Assembly (NCBI GenBank): GCA_964019335.1
Contig: OZ025719.1
Span: forward strand, 1-64,000
Origin: Diplonema japonicum
Taxonomy: Eukaryota; Protista; Euglenozoa: Diplonemea
DNA length: 64,000 nucleotides
Reading direction: 5' to 3'
In this document: piece after piece, positions 12,554 through 21,766 of the stretch
How the letters are laid out: each line of letters begins with the position of its first letter
Position numbering within the stretch: the first letter of the stretch is position 1
Notes under the pieces: model-generated
Databases searched by the model: none
What the model was told of the DNA's origin: nothing
Seen by the model: only the letters and a program-made list of their open reading frames with translations
Translations under genes and position numbers: made by a program

Positions 12554-13580
12554 CTTTTTTTAAGGGAATAAAGGGGAAGTGGGAGGAGAAATTACTTTGT
12601 GTGTATGTGCTGTACTGTGTTTAGTTTTCCTCTTTTTCTTTTCTTCCTCTTCTTTTTCTTTTAATCCCAATTCCCTCTTGCCTTCCCCTCCTTTTTTTTT
12701 TTTACGGAAGTAAAAGCTGTGATGATTATAGTAATAGAAAAGCTTTCTGTCATAAAAAGAATGAATCATCTGCCTTACCTTCCCATCCCCTCCCCGTGCC
12801 TTCTCTATGAGTTGCCACATGGTTCAGGCGGTCATTGTGATCTACACAATTGCCAAGAGAAGAAAAAAAAAAAAAAAAAGGAAAAAAAAAACAAAACACT
12901 CCACAATATATACGTGAGTACGCCTCTTGAGGAGAGACAAACGAATTGCGGTATTTTCTTGACACTTTTTCTTTTCTTTTTTTTTCCTTTTTTTTTTGCC
13001 ATTGTGTTGCTCTCTTTTCCTCCCTGCTTCCTTCCCCCTCTTTTTTTTTTTTAAATTGTAGTAACAAAAGAAATCTTTTTTCAAAAGAAAAAAGAAAGGA
13101 AACAACAACAAAAAAAGAATCAGAAAAAGTCGAACCTTGTTTGAAAAGAATGGAAATAATTGATCCCAAGATATTTGAGCTTTAACGCTAGAAACTCGAT
13201 GTCACAGCTTCAGGAATTTTTTTTCTTTTCTCCTCTTTTTACCTGCAAGCAGCGGTAGAATTCGAGTATCTTCGGCAGTGCGTTGGCTTTTTCTTTTTCC
13301 TCGTCGTTCTTCTTTTTGTCCATCCGGCGACAAAGGAAAAAAAAAAAAAAAAAGAATAAGAACTAAAGCCATCCACACCCCCCCCTCCCCAACTGTACGA
13401 GCAAACAATTGTTTTCGTTTTTTATATGTTAATTTAAGGCTATCTTCCTGTCCCACTTCCCAAAAAAAAGAAAAGGAAAAAAAAAAAAAACACACACCCT
13501 CTCCTTCCTTTTTTTTCTTCTTTCGTAACATCATTACATTATTCAGGTGGGAGGGGACAAAAAAAAAGGGGGGGGGGGGA

Positions 13581-15662
13581 ATGGAACCGCCGGAAGAAGC
13601 AATCACCCGTTTGTACACAGGTCTAGAGGTTCATCACATTTTACAAAACGAAGAGATTCTGTGGAAAGAGATCTGCCGGGGGGAGCGAAAGGGAAGGAAG
13701 GGCTTCGAGCGGCGCGCACGGCGCGCATGGCGGGTGAAAAGCATCTTGGGCGACCGGTTCAAGCGAAGGGTAGAAGAACCGAACATAAAAATACAAGAAC
13801 AATCCTTAAAACGCTTCATTGAAGAAGTCAAATGCGGGGAAACCCCTGCCATCTCTGACACCGTTAGGATCATACAAGCAGCCACTCTAATCTTTCAACA
13901 AGAACCCTCTGTCCGACATGTAAACGGGTCTGTGGTGGTGATAGGAGATATTCATGGCCAGCTAGGCGATATCCTTCATATTTTGAAAACTTTTGGAATG
14001 CCCGGATCACCGCACTCCTATGTGTTTAATGGTGATTATGTTGATAGAGGTGCAAACAGTTGTCAGGTGTTGTTGTTGGTTCTTGCTTTGAAAATTTTCT
14101 CCCCGCAGCATGTGCACGTCAACAGGGGCAACCACGAAGACGAGTCGCTCAACATATTGTACGGATTTTACGACGAATGCACCTCGAAGTACGGGCACCA
14201 CATCTTCATGTTGTTCTCGGTTCTGTTCACGTACCTTCCGTTCTGTTGTGTTTTAAACAACTCGGTATTCGTGGTGCATGGAGGGCTCTCGTCACATTTA
14301 AGAGTAAGCATCTCGGAAATCCGTTTAATCCAACGTGGACCGAACCCCAGGCGGACAAAACGCCAGCACGACATCATGACGCATTCCCTGTGGTCTGATC
14401 CAATGACCGATTTGGGTACCATTCCCTCTCCACGTGGGGAGGGTGTTTTGTGGGGACCAGACGTAACCGATTCATTCTTAAAACACAACAAGCTTTCTGT
14501 CATAGTTCGCAGCCATCAATTCCCCGGTGAAAAAGGCCATCTTAGCACGCACAATGGTAAGGTCTTGACAGTCTTCTCGGCGTCAAATTACAATTCTGTT
14601 GAATGGAAAGGCCTCCTACCTGACGCAGGGCCCAACTCCCCGTCGAATCTGGGGTCGGTTATGCTCTTCCGTGGTGGGCATACACCGGAGATTCACACTT
14701 GGAAAGCTCCTTTGTTGCAAACAGATGATCCCAGACAGTCGTTTATGAACCCACATACCAAGCAGCCTTTCCAAGTCACAGTTCCGTACGGTGTGCTGAG
14801 CAATGGTTCGGTAGATCCTGTCGAGAAATGTGTGTCGCATGTTCGGCAGTGTTGTTTAAGACACGCGCGTGCGTTGGTGTTCTACTGGGAAGGGCTTGAG
14901 ACAAACGGGCTGATAACATTGTCCGAATGGGTGTCCGGTCTGTCGGGTGTCTGTAATTATGCGCAGCTCTCTGTGATATCCCCTTCCATCGAGACTGCTT
15001 TGAAAAACCGCGGGTTCGTGACGCCAGATGGAAAGGTCCGGTTTAGATCCTTCCTGCAACAAGCAGCTTTTCTAACAACACCGAAACCTGTACCTCAATG
15101 GCACAGGTGGATTGTGGAACTAGCTGCTTCAAAGGGAAACCACACCGGCATCATTTCGGAAAGAGATATGCACGCTGTGTTGGCGAAACACGTTCCGGAA
15201 ATCCCTGAAGAAACTCGTTTAACCGTAGCAACCGCTGTACGAGGCGGTGCAGGGTACAGGATGCAGGGCAACCCTGTCTTTCCTATTCTGAACTGGACGT
15301 GCAGTTCTCCTACCGACGATGTCCCAACGCACCTTTTGTACCTTTTGCGGCAAGGGTTGTATGGTTTGGGTGATGCGCCAGGGAAGAAAATCGATTTTCT
15401 ACATGGGTGCAATGATCTGAACGGGTGTCAGGTGCCGCCTGAGAAGCTCCACGGTCTCATCTCCGCAACGCTGGTGAAGTATCTTTATTACGCAACACCG
15501 CGTGATAAGGCCATCCAGACTCACCCCCGTCTCCCTTGGCAACACCCCCCAGCGGGGGTACCTTCGCCTGCTATATACATAGTGCTGGACGGAGTTGTGC
15601 AAAGAAAGATCACGGGGAATGGTGCGGTGGATGAGTTTTTGAAATCCGAGGCGAAGTTGTAA
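13581..15662 (+). CDS. PPP-family Ser/Thr protein phosphatase (PPEF/PP5/PP7-like)
   Basis: GDIHG, GDYVDRG, RGNHE, HGG, LWSDP, RSHQ and TVFSASNY motifs; start placed at ATG 13581 because the upstream ORF extension is homopolymer-derived. Confidence 0.9.
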   Translation: MEPPEEAITRLYTGLEVHHILQNEEILWKEICRGERKGRKGFERRARRAWRVKSILGDRFKRRVEEPNIKIQEQSLKRFIEEVKCGETPAISDTVRIIQAATLIFQQEPSVRHVNGSVVVIGDIHGQLGDILHILKTFGMPGSPHSYVFNGDYVDRGANSCQVLLLVLALKIFSPQHVHVNRGNHEDESLNILYGFYDECTSKYGHHIFMLFSVLFTYLPFCCVLNNSVFVVHGGLSSHLRVSISEIRLIQRGPNPRRTKRQHDIMTHSLWSDPMTDLGTIPSPRGEGVLWGPDVTDSFLKHNKLSVIVRSHQFPGEKGHLSTHNGKVLTVFSASNYNSVEWKGLLPDAGPNSPSNLGSVMLFRGGHTPEIHTWKAPLLQTDDPRQSFMNPHTKQPFQVTVPYGVLSNGSVDPVEKCVSHVRQCCLRHARALVFYWEGLETNGLITLSEWVSGLSGVCNYAQLSVISPSIETALKNRGFVTPDGKVRFRSFLQQAAFLTTPKPVPQWHRWIVELAASKGNHTGIISERDMHAVLAKHVPEIPEETRLTVATAVRGGAGYRMQGNPVFPILNWTCSSPTDDVPTHLLYLLRQGLYGLGDAPGKKIDFLHGCNDLNGCQVPPEKLHGLISATLVKYLYYATPRDKAIQTHPRLPWQHPPAGVPSPAIYIVLDGVVQRKITGNGAVDEFLKSEAKL

Positions 15663-15722
15663 GTGTTCTTTTTTTTCTTCTTTTTTTTTCCTTCTTTCTT
15701 ACCTTCGAATTTCTCAAACAGG

Positions 15723-16451
15723 ATGGGGTGTGCAGCAGTAACAGGCCGAATAACAGCTCGGCCTGTCTGTCACTTGGATGGAAATGTTAGAACATTGAAG
15801 GTTGGCAACAGGCACAGACCCAGCATCCCTTGCTCGCCCCCTTTCGCATCGCTGCATACCAGTAGCCTCAGCTTGAAGGGAAGTATTTTGAAAGGAAGTT
15901 TGAAAAGCAGTTCAAAAAGCAGCCAAAGGAATTTTTTCGTGAATGTACCTTCCCTCAGGGCGAAGGGGTCACTGATAAGCATCAACATGCAAGACTCGAT
16001 GCTGATGAAATCCACATTGTCCTGTTTTTCACCAAAGAGGGTGTCGTTCCGCACAAAGAGCATTCCCCTGCACGAGAGGGAGCTGAGATTTGTTGTATTC
16101 CCGTTCAGGGTGCTGCCGTTTATATGTGATTATCTGCCTCTGGAGGATATTCCAGCATTTATGGCCGTGCACCCATCTTGGCGGGGGAACATGCTTGGAA
16201 CGGGGAGCTTCAAAGTATTTTTTTTAATTTTTTTATTATTATTATTATTATTAATCGCAGAAAACGTCAATTAGAGGCGATCAGCACCCAAGGATCACGT
16301 TTTGGCTGAAGAAGTTTCGGACTGCCGATCCGAGCTCGCCCTTCAGCTTGACATCAATAACTGGTGTATCAGCTTCGGAAGAGATGTATAGGTTGTTTTT
16401 ATCCCGGCTCCATGCGGATGACCCCGGTAAATAACATGTTTGTTTTTTAAG

Positions 16452-16484
<33 letters not shown>

Positions 16485-16539
16485 CAGAATAGCCAAAGCT
16501 TTATTCGTTTCTTTGTGCGCAATAAAAAGTTACAAATGA
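15723..16539 (+). CDS. F-box-like motif protein, spliced (intron 16215-16260; probable intron 16427-16492)
   Basis: VLPFICDYLPLEDIPAFMAVHPSWR resembles an F-box; removing GT..AG introns keeps the frame open; the last acceptor is uncertain. Confidence 0.55.
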
Positions 16540-16819
16540 GAATACACCCGCCACCGGGGTGTGTCGTCTGTAAGACCCACTCCCTCCCCCCGATGACAAT
16601 GGTAAGGGGACTCCTTTGTGACGCATATAATAGCTGTTCGTAAATAAAAAGGGGGACCAACAACAATACAAGGTGGAGAGTTTTTTTTTTATTATTTCCC
16701 CGGAAAGCGCATCCCGTTTTAAAGATAATGGTAATGAAGAGTCTCAAGGATACTTTCACAAATGAGTGGCCGAGACATCGTATCTTGAAGTTGCCTTCTT
16801 CTTCTTCTTCTTTTTTCAA

Positions 16820-16965
16820 GGTGGAGGGGGGGGGGTAACATCACCGGTAGCGCCCTATTGGAAGAACGTATTGCAGCTGCTCCGGGTTGACGAGCATTAG
16901 CGCAGCATCTTCTTAGTCAATACGGAATGCAGAAGAAACTTCAGATGGAATCAAGTAGGACAGTG
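16820..16965 (+). mobile_element. Ribozyme-SINE, degenerate copy 1
   Basis: CATCACCGGTAGCGCCC...GGAAGAACGTA...GCAGAAGAA...AATCAAGTAG colinear with 51229-51500, with deletions. Confidence 0.65.
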
Positions 16966-17007
16966 CTTATGCACTCTTTCGAGTTTTTTCTTCTTTTTTT
17001 TTATTCA

Positions 17008-17210
17008 GGTGGTGGGAATAACATGAAAATAAAAGCGCAGAATCTTGGTTACCCGGGACGCACCGGCTGGGGTTGAGCTGTACACCGCACGCATTAGGAC
17101 ACGACGCGGAACGCAGAAGAAGCTACAACTCGGCCGCGGCGCGCCCCCTGTAATCAAGTAGACAGTTCTTGTGCAGGCACCGCCAACACCGGCCTCCTTT
17201 AACTCATATA
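17008..17210 (+). mobile_element. Ribozyme-SINE copy 2 (ribozyme core deleted, tail type b)
   Basis: Starts GGTGGTGGGAATAACATG, jumps to GCGCAGAATCTTGG, ends CCTTTAACTCATATA followed by a T run. Confidence 0.85.
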
Positions 17211-17283
17211 TTTTTTTCTTCTTTCTCCCCGGTTCTGGTTCTTGTTTTTGGTTACTATCGCTTTTTTTTTTTTTTTTTTTTTT

Positions 17284-17417
17284 TTGTTACAAATATTTAT
17301 CTTTCAAAAAATGATTTTATAACTATATGCAACTTGTGCCGAGCAAAAAACTTTCGCAGCTTTTTAAAAATCTTTTTTGCTCGTGCGAACAACAAAGACA
17401 TATAGTCATAAAGAATT
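17284..17417 (+). repeat. AT-rich foldback repeat (MITE-like), complete copy
   Basis: Nested inverted arms TATAACTATATG/CATATAGTCATA and CGAGCAAAAAA/TTTTTTGCTCG; at least five copies in the window. Confidence 0.8.
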
Positions 17418-17440
17418 ATTTTATTTATTTTTTTTTTTTT

Positions 17441-18613
17441 TGCAAGAACGAGTCTTTGACTTGTCTAAACAAAAGGGGAACGTTGGCAACGTGTTTCGGG
17501 TTGACAAACTTCTCCAGGTTTTACCCGGCACGTACAAAAATATGACGGCACTAGACTGGGATGATCTGGTCCAATACGCGGGCCTCGATTACCCATCGGA
17601 AGCACTCGTGCCCCTCACCTCGCGGACTGCGTCTTCGAGGAGTGCGACACCTCGCACGGTGACACTGCGGTGCACTGTGCGAGGTGTGGCGCTAAAGGGC
17701 AGAGGACATGTTTGTCCTCTCGCTGCCCTCCACGCCTAGGTCAGGCGTTTCTTCCAGTGGAAGATTCCACCCAGTGGGTGTGCTCCCCATGCATTTGGGC
17801 AGTTAAAAAGCTTGGTGAAGCTTTGGTCCTGTCGGACCCGGAGGTGGAGTCCCCTCCATCACCAGACCTCAGTGAGGTCCAAACCAATACGGAGAGTCTC
17901 CGCTTGGTCTTCGCTCAGATCGCTGAGTTGAAGGCGGAGAACGAGCGTCTCCGCAACCGCGTCGAGGCGTCGAATGCCTTACCGGTACTCCCGTTGGAGT
18001 TTGACGTACGGAGGGTCTCGGCTTGGGCCCCCCTAGTTTCCTCCCCCACCACAGCCGCCCTCATCATGCAGAGGGTCGAATCCCGTTACGGGATCAGGTT
18101 GCCTGAGGACCCGGTTTCAGACGGAACCGCCGAAGAGCATGAATCCAGAGTCTGGATCAGAGGCATGTTGGCCTTGCTCGTGGACGGGGTATGGTCTGTA
18201 GACCACTTGCCCTTTTTACACGTGGCAATAGTGCGCTTGGAATCCCTCTGGATTCGCAACTCCTACCCGAACGACGAGTTCCTCGTTCGTAAGGCCAGGG
18301 GCGCGGCCTTCGCCGCTCGCACCGAAAAAGTGGCCTGGGACAAGTTCGGTCCCGAGAAGTACTCGAGGGCGAGGGCGGCCGCCAAGAAGTCGGACCACGT
18401 CGACACTGTGGCAAAAAAGGCCCTCGAGCGCAAGAGGCCTGTACAGCATTACGGTTCCCGAGATAGCTCCCCTCAAGGCCCTCACCCTCGGCCGACTCAC
18501 CGAATGTTACAAGGATGTAGCCTCCATCCTGTCGGTTACCAAGAGAGTGCAAAGGGGCCTGAACGAGCTCGACCCAGCCCGACCCGGCACGTACAAACAA
18601 CGGCCAGTTCCTC
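17441..18613 (+). mobile_element. Defective element with a PHD-finger/coiled-coil gag- or ORF1-like pseudogene
   Basis: Bounded by T runs; ATG 17542 with a frameshift near 17620 into CVFEEC..CARCGAKGQRTC..WVCSPC (PHD pattern, His replaced by Gln), then a coiled coil; 16-bp direct repeats at 17523-17538 and 18582-18597. Confidence 0.6.
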
Positions 18614-18651
18614 TTTTTTTTTTTTTTTTTTTTTCTCTTTTTTTTTTCTTG

Positions 18652-18794
18652 GGTGGTGGGGATAACACAGAAATATGGAAATCTAAAGAAGTACATCAGA
18701 TGTGTTGTTCGCTGTTGACCTCCTCGTCGGTCATCACCGGTAGCGCCCGAGTGGAAGAACGTAATGCAGATGCCCAGGGTGACGAACAGGCAGC
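18652..18794 (+). ncRNA. HDV-like self-cleaving ribozyme
   Basis: P1 GGTGGTG/CATCACC, P3 ACC/GGT, L3 TCCTCGTC, P1.1 GG, P4, J4/2 ACGAA, P2 GCTGTTG/CAGGCAGC. Confidence 0.8.
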
Positions 18795-18968
18795 AAGCTG
18801 CACGGGCTCAGAATCTTGGTTACCCGGGACACCCCGGCTGGGGCGCCATGGCTGGGGTTGAGTTGGACACCGCACGCATTAAGGACACGACGCGGAACGC
18901 AGAAGAAGCTACAACTAGGCCGAGGCGCGCCCCCTGTAATCAAGTAGACGATGCACCCTTAAATAGGC
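18652..18968 (+). mobile_element. Ribozyme-SINE copy 3 (intact ribozyme, tail type c)
   Basis: Near-identical to 51229-51500; flanked by T runs. Confidence 0.9.
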
Positions 18969-19136
18969 TTTTTTTTTTTGCTGTATCCTCTAAACACGTC
19001 CATCTCATCGCGACAAACAGCCACCGCAGGCACCAGGCAGCAACCGCAGAACGGTGACCGATTAGTGTGAATTTCTTCTAGAACAGTGAGCACCCCCATG
19101 CACACTGAAACTTTATCGAATTTTTTTTTTTTTTTA

Positions 19137-19176
19137 AGGCGATCCTGTCACATACTGCAGGTTCCCTTCAAAGACA
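19137..19176 (+). mobile_element. Isolated 40-bp copy of the 3' terminus of the full-length non-LTR element
   Basis: AGGCGATCCTGTCACATACTGCAGGTTCCCTTCAAAGACA is identical to 25953-25992; lies between T runs. Confidence 0.8.
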
Positions 19177-19643
19177 TCTTTTTTTTTTTGTATTCAACAA
19201 GCCACCGCTCAGTGATCCCACTACCGTGTGCACAAACAAATGCTTTAAAAAAAACTTTTTTTTTTTTTTTTTATTATTCTCCTTCGTTACGCGAGAAAAT
19301 GTCGAGAGCACGCGCAAGGTACCTTCGTTGGTAGGCCGTTCTCTTCGTAAGGGTGGCAATAGGTATTTTATTACCGGATTTGGGTTTATTACGTACTGAA
19401 TAAGGCCCAGGGACTATTTAACTATTACCTGGGCCTTGGTGTCACTTGCAAGAAGTAAGCTTCACTGGCACAAGGCTGGAGAGCTGCTTGAGATAAGACT
19501 CTCCATATTGACTAAACAAAACCGAGAAAAAAAAAAGGTGCCCAATTAACTCATATCTGGTATTAACCGAGTCATCATATTACTCTTAGTTTCCGATTCT
19601 TTTTTTTCTCTCTCTCTTTTTTTTTTTTTTTTTCTTTTTTTTT

Positions 19644-19681
19644 ACCAACGATTCTAAAGCTACAGTTTCTGTACTTTATTG
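19644..19681 (+). ncRNA. Spliced-leader (mini-exon) sequence, diplonemid type, at the 5' end of a retrotransposon
   Basis: ACCAACGATTCTAAAGCTACAGTTTCTGTACTTTATTG is 38 nt of the 39-nt euglenozoan SL, with the conserved CAGTTTCTGTACTTTATTG 3' half; only the first A is missing. Confidence 0.92.
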
Positions 19682-19936
19682 GTATCGACCGTGCCAATAA
19701 AGGAACCAGGTAGAACGGTTTGAAAAGAAAAAATATATTGACCAGACCACAACCGGATATATCCAAGCAAGTGTTTAGAAGTGACGACAATATCAGGAAG
19801 AAAAGAACAGTATAAATACGGTAACAGTGACAGTGAGAGTAATAGTGACAGTGACAGTGTAAGTGTAAGAAAGCGACCGACTCCGTCATCCCACAACCCC
19901 CTTTCCGTACTCCACTTCCCCCATCACGCTCTTAAC

Positions 19937-21559
19937 ATGGACCCCCATCAACTGGTCCAGAGAGCCCAGAGCCTGCTCGCAGGCGAACTATCCGAGGAGA
20001 ACAGAAGCCTCGTCCTGACCACCCTAGGCTGCATCCTGCAGCTGGTCGAGATGGCACAGAAGTCCTCACCCCAGCAGCCCACTCCGCTACAGGCCCAAGT
20101 TCAACAACAGCAATTCCAAAATTCCTCACCACAACCCCAACAATCGTACACGCAACAGCCGCCACTCAAGCAGCTCCAACAAGTTCATCAGCCCCAGAAA
20201 CAATTCCAACAACAACAGCAACAGGTTCAGCAGCAACAATACCAACAGCCTAAAGGACAACCGCACAAGCAGCAAGGCAAGAATAGTCAGCAGCCGCAAC
20301 CCACCGCCAAGTCGAACGAGAAGAGGACCCCGCCAAGGAAGGCTTCAAGAGGTAACACCAAGTCCTACCTTGGAGCCGCCACCAACTGGATGAGCAGACC
20401 GGGCCCCGCCAAACCCCCCTTAGCCCTGATCCAGCAGCACTGGGGAGATATGCAGATACACAACGCGCTCCCGGACAAACTCACGACAGGAATATATTTT
20501 AATCCCGCAGACCCTGTCCAACTCTCCGCACGCCTCAAGGCCCTCGGCCTGACTTTCAAAATCATCAGCACCCAACCATTCTCTGGTGGAACCGAGTCCG
20601 ACTCCCCAACCTCGAGGGGCATTATGAAAACCTGGGTCCTGGGGGACGAAGTACTACCGCAAGCCATGGACGCCCCTCCCAAGGACAGCAAAGGGACCGT
20701 TATCCTCAAGGCAGTGATTGCAAAGGACCATTGCTCAGCTGCACAGTGGAAGCGAACAGCGGACGGCAATGCCATTAAAAGAATGGCACTTCTAGCGGCG
20801 CGAGACAAGGAGGGTCCCTTCAAGGTAACCCCGCAAAACGTCTTCAGGATCAACCGCTCGACCGAGAACAACACCGCCTCTGCCCTGGTACGGGTGGACC
20901 CTGAGCACGCGATTAGACTGCTGGTCGCATCGGGAGACCAATGTGTATTCTGGACACACGCGTTCGCTGCAGACAGACTGGAGGTCATCCAGTTGAAGAA
21001 GGGGATCAAGGCGGCCGATGTCCCCACAGCATCAATAGGCACCTCACTCACGGTAACGCCGATCGGACTGGCCCTAATGCTACCGAGAGGAGCAGTCCGC
21101 AGCGAGGTACTGGCAAGGGTCAACCCCATACTTCTCCCGGCGCGGAAGGCTGGGGACAAATATATCCTGGAAGGGTGCCTCAGCTGGGAACACCCGTGTG
21201 ACTTGATGAACGACCTCGCAGGATGTGGATGGTCCATTAGCCACTTGGACAGACTAGAAGGTTCGAGATGGCTCGTTCGGGCCACCACCCCTCCCACCGC
21301 CAGGCTTATTGCGAGGGGGGAAAAACTTCATTCCCTGACGATTAGGGACTGGACACGGGAAGATGCACCAAACAAGAACGAGAGGAGCTTCCGGGGGAAA
21401 CAGCATAGGGTGAAGCTGTCGGAGGCAGAATTCCCCAGTTCAAGGGCGGCGCAGGAGAAAGCACAGGCGGAGGCTGCCAGGGCCGAGAGCTCACGGAAGA
21501 GGGGTGAATCGGAGACCCACGCACAGACGTCGCCGAGCCCCAAGAATCAAAAGATCTGA
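19937..21559 (+). CDS. Retrotransposon ORF1 (Gln-rich N-terminus, basic C-terminus)
   Basis: First ATG after the SL is 19937; long uninterrupted ORF upstream of the RT ORF. Confidence 0.8.
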   Translation: MDPHQLVQRAQSLLAGELSEENRSLVLTTLGCILQLVEMAQKSSPQQPTPLQAQVQQQQFQNSSPQPQQSYTQQPPLKQLQQVHQPQKQFQQQQQQVQQQQYQQPKGQPHKQQGKNSQQPQPTAKSNEKRTPPRKASRGNTKSYLGAATNWMSRPGPAKPPLALIQQHWGDMQIHNALPDKLTTGIYFNPADPVQLSARLKALGLTFKIISTQPFSGGTESDSPTSRGIMKTWVLGDEVLPQAMDAPPKDSKGTVILKAVIAKDHCSAAQWKRTADGNAIKRMALLAARDKEGPFKVTPQNVFRINRSTENNTASALVRVDPEHAIRLLVASGDQCVFWTHAFAADRLEVIQLKKGIKAADVPTASIGTSLTVTPIGLALMLPRGAVRSEVLARVNPILLPARKAGDKYILEGCLSWEHPCDLMNDLAGCGWSISHLDRLEGSRWLVRATTPPTARLIARGEKLHSLTIRDWTREDAPNKNERSFRGKQHRVKLSEAEFPSSRAAQEKAQAEAARAESSRKRGESETHAQTSPSPKNQKI

Positions 21560-21766
21560 CAGGAGGGTCTGAGGCATCTCGGGGAAATTCTATCCCTCCC
21601 CATCATCATCATTATTAGTCTATCAATCATTGACCTCCTAACCTTTTCGGCCACACCACGCCCCTTTGCCCCTCTCTCCTGCGACTGGTTCGGCTCCCCG
21701 ACCGAAAACAATCATCTGATCTACTCGTTGGCAATAATCCACCTCCCGCGGGCACATTTCCTCATT

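Noticed and set aside
19644-19780. Functional SL RNA gene
   Set aside because: Single copy lacking the first A, preceded directly by a T tract, with no evident Sm site or T terminator about 70 nt downstream; it runs into a retrotransposon. Kept only as an alternative hypothesis
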